A stretch of DNA of 64,000 nt from Thermoanaerobaculia bacterium (lineage in GTDB: Bacteria > Acidobacteriota > Thermoanaerobaculia > Gp7-AA8). How positions within the stretch are numbered: the stretch's first letter is position 1; each line of letters opens with the position of its first letter. The stretch is from assembly GCA_036389275.1 (NCBI GenBank), contig DASVQE010000052.1, positions 99,637 through 163,636 of the forward strand. Direction: 5' to 3'. Position numbers and translations under genes: made by a program. Below are positions 61,925-64,000 of this stretch, in pieces. The notes under the pieces are model-generated. The model was not told the DNA's origin. It ran no database searches and worked only from the letters and a program-made list of their open reading frames with translations.

Positions 61925-64000
61925 CATGGTTCGTTCCCTTGCCCTTTCCCTGCTCGTCCTTTGTCTGTTCGCGCCGGCGCTGCACGCCGCCTCGTACGTC
62001 GTCCCCGACGACCGCGAGCTGATTCGCGCGGCCGGCCCGATCGTCACCGGCGTCGTCACCGCCAAGCACGTGCGGCTCGCCGCGAACGGCCTGCCGGAGA
62101 CGGTGCTGGAGGTGCGCGTCGACGAGTCGATCCGCGGCAATCTCTCCGGCACGATCCGCGTCGTGCAGTGGGGCGGCTCGGTGAACGGGCGGAGCATGGT
62201 GCAGTCGGGCGCGCCGGTGTACGCAGCGGGCGAGCGCGTGCTGCTGTTCCTCACGCCGCGCGGCCGCGGTGAGTGGACGACCTACGCCCTGGCCCTCGGC
62301 GCGTTCCGCTACACGCGCGACGCCGCCGGCGCCGCGCTGGTCGAGCGCGCCGGCGAAGTGACCGGCTGGAAGAGCGACGGCACTCCGTACGTCGACCGCG
62401 CCCGCGCCGCCGGACCGTTCCTCGACTACGTGCGCGCCGTGGCCCGCGGCGAGAACGCTGCGCCGCTCTACGCGATGCCGCCGCGCGCGAATGTCGCGCC
62501 GCCGGTGCAGTCGCAGGCGACCTTCACCGCGAACAGCTACGTCTTTCCGCTCGGCCCGTCCGGCGCGCGCCGCCGCGACAGCGCGCTCGACGTCGGCTGG
62601 CAGCTCTACGGGACGCAGTCGAATCTCGACATGGCCGGCGCCACCGACTTCGGCACCGCCGAGTGGCGCTCGCTGAGCCCGAACATCGGCTACTTCCGCA
62701 GCGCTACGCCGGCGAGCGGCGACACGGTCGATCCCGACGCGGAGTCGCGCATCATCGCCAACGATCCGCACGGCGAAGTCACCGGCAGTTGCTGCCCCGG
62801 CGTCGTGGCCACGGCCTTCGAGTTCTGCGACGGCCCGACCTGCGACGAGTTCACCTTCAACGGCGAGACCTTCGTCGCCATCACGCACTCCGACGTCGTG
62901 GTGAACGACGGCGCGACCAGCGGCAATCTGCCGCCGCACGTGTTCGACCTGGCGATGACCCACGAGCTCGGCCACACCCTCGGCCTGCGTCACTCGAATC
63001 AGAACGGCACCGGCGGCCCATGCGCGCCGCCGCTCGAATGCTGCGAGGCGCCCGGCTGTCTCGCGGTGATGAACTCGCAGATCCAGGGCGCACTGGGCGG
63101 CGTCGGCGACTGGGACGCGCATGCGATTGACTGCGTGTACGACGGCGTCTGCTCGACCGACAGCAGTTGCACGCCTCCGTCGATCACCGGGCAGCCGCAG
63201 AACCGCACCGTCGCCGCCGGCGGCTCGACCACGATCAGCGTCACCGCCACCGGCACCGGGCCGCTGACGTACGAGTGGTTCATCGGCACGCCGGGTGACA
63301 CCTCGCAGCCGGCCGGCACCGGCTCGAGCATCAACGTGACGCCGGCGCAGACGACCAGCTACTGGGCGCGCGTGACCGGTCAGTGCGGCTCGCCGGCGAA
63401 CAGCAACGCCGCCACGGTGACGGTGCAGGGTTGCATCCCGGCGTCGATCACCAACATGCCGACCACGCAGGTCATTTACCAGGGGCAGACCGCGCAGCTC
63501 GGCGTCAACGCCACCGGCACCGCGCTCACGTACCAGTGGTACGTCGGCACGAGCGGCGACACCTCGCAGCCGATCTCCGCGAGCAACAGCAGCGTGCTAC
63601 TCGTGACGCCGCAGCAGACCACGAGCTACTGGGTCCGCGTGACCGCGCAGTGCGGTCCGCCGGCCGACAGCACCTCGGTCACCGTCGTCGTCGAGATCTG
63701 CCCCGAGGTCGAGATCGCCGCGCCGACGTACGTGCAGAACTCGAATGGCACGTACACGCTCACCGCCAACGCCACGAGCAGTGGCCAGTCGCTGTCGTAC
63801 GCCTGGTTCCGCGGCACGACGCCCGGCAGCGGCACGCCGGTCGGCAACTCGCGCAACATCACCGTCAGCGTCAGCACCGCCACGAGCTACTCGGTGCGGG
63901 TGACGAACGGCTGCGGCAATGTCGCGGTCAGTCCGCTGGTGACGATCACGCCCGGCTGCACGCTGCCGTCGATCACGACGCAGCCGCAGGACCAGACCGT
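61925..64000 (+). CDS. Secreted metzincin-like Zn metalloprotease with C-terminal Ig-like repeat domains. Partial, runs off the window end.
   Basis: Signal peptide. MTHELGHTLGLRHS (HExxHxxGxxH). Four or more repeats of about 85 aa ending …TTSYWARVTGQCG. Open frame from 61925 to 64000, absent from the supplied ORF track. Confidence 0.7.

Overview
High-GC bacterial window in two parts. Positions 1 to about 38,981 are a mosaic mobile island, lower in GC and AT-rich at promoters, abutting the 3' end of an initiator tRNA-fMet gene (38982..39058, minus strand). The island carries two tyrosine-recombinase genes, both disrupted, and a beta-class N6/N4 DNA methyltransferase. It also carries an AICE-like transfer and integration module (lipoprotein and membrane proteins, a FtsK/HerA-type ATPase, a winged-helix replication-relaxation-like protein, Xis, Int, an SSB-like protein), and a large PHP-domain::SMC-like ATPase fusion broken by two frameshifts. 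A + strand block encodes membrane/coiled-coil proteins, a protease, an MBL-fold hydrolase and a TM-IPT/TIG protein. The most interesting part is an intact, tightly coupled 8.2-kb operon (30445..38661). It encodes two ParB/Srx-like proteins, a small PD-(D/E)xK-like protein, a SNF2 helicase, a DGQHR (DndB-like) protein, a B12-binding radical-SAM enzyme and a GHKL/MORC-like ATPase. I read it as a candidate novel DNA-modification/restriction-type conflict system. Many island genes show frameshifts or an in-frame stop, whereas backbone genes are intact. The backbone (about 39.1 to 64 kb) encodes an SDR, a PQQ-type sugar dehydrogenase with a dockerin, an M48 protease, a bacilliredoxin, a RamB-like regulator divergent from aceB-aceA (malate synthase and isocitrate lyase), an FKBP PPIase, a vWA lipoprotein, a LuxR-type regulator, a very large PD40/beta-barrel protein, M28 and DUF1025 peptidases, an L,D-transpeptidase and a metallophosphoesterase. 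A metzincin-like secreted protease with Ig-like repeats runs off the window end and was not in the supplied ORF track. Two copies of a roughly 175-bp palindromic REP/MITE-like element and an unusual 8-mer tandem/inverted-repeat hairpin sit between convergent genes. No CRISPR array or rRNA was seen.
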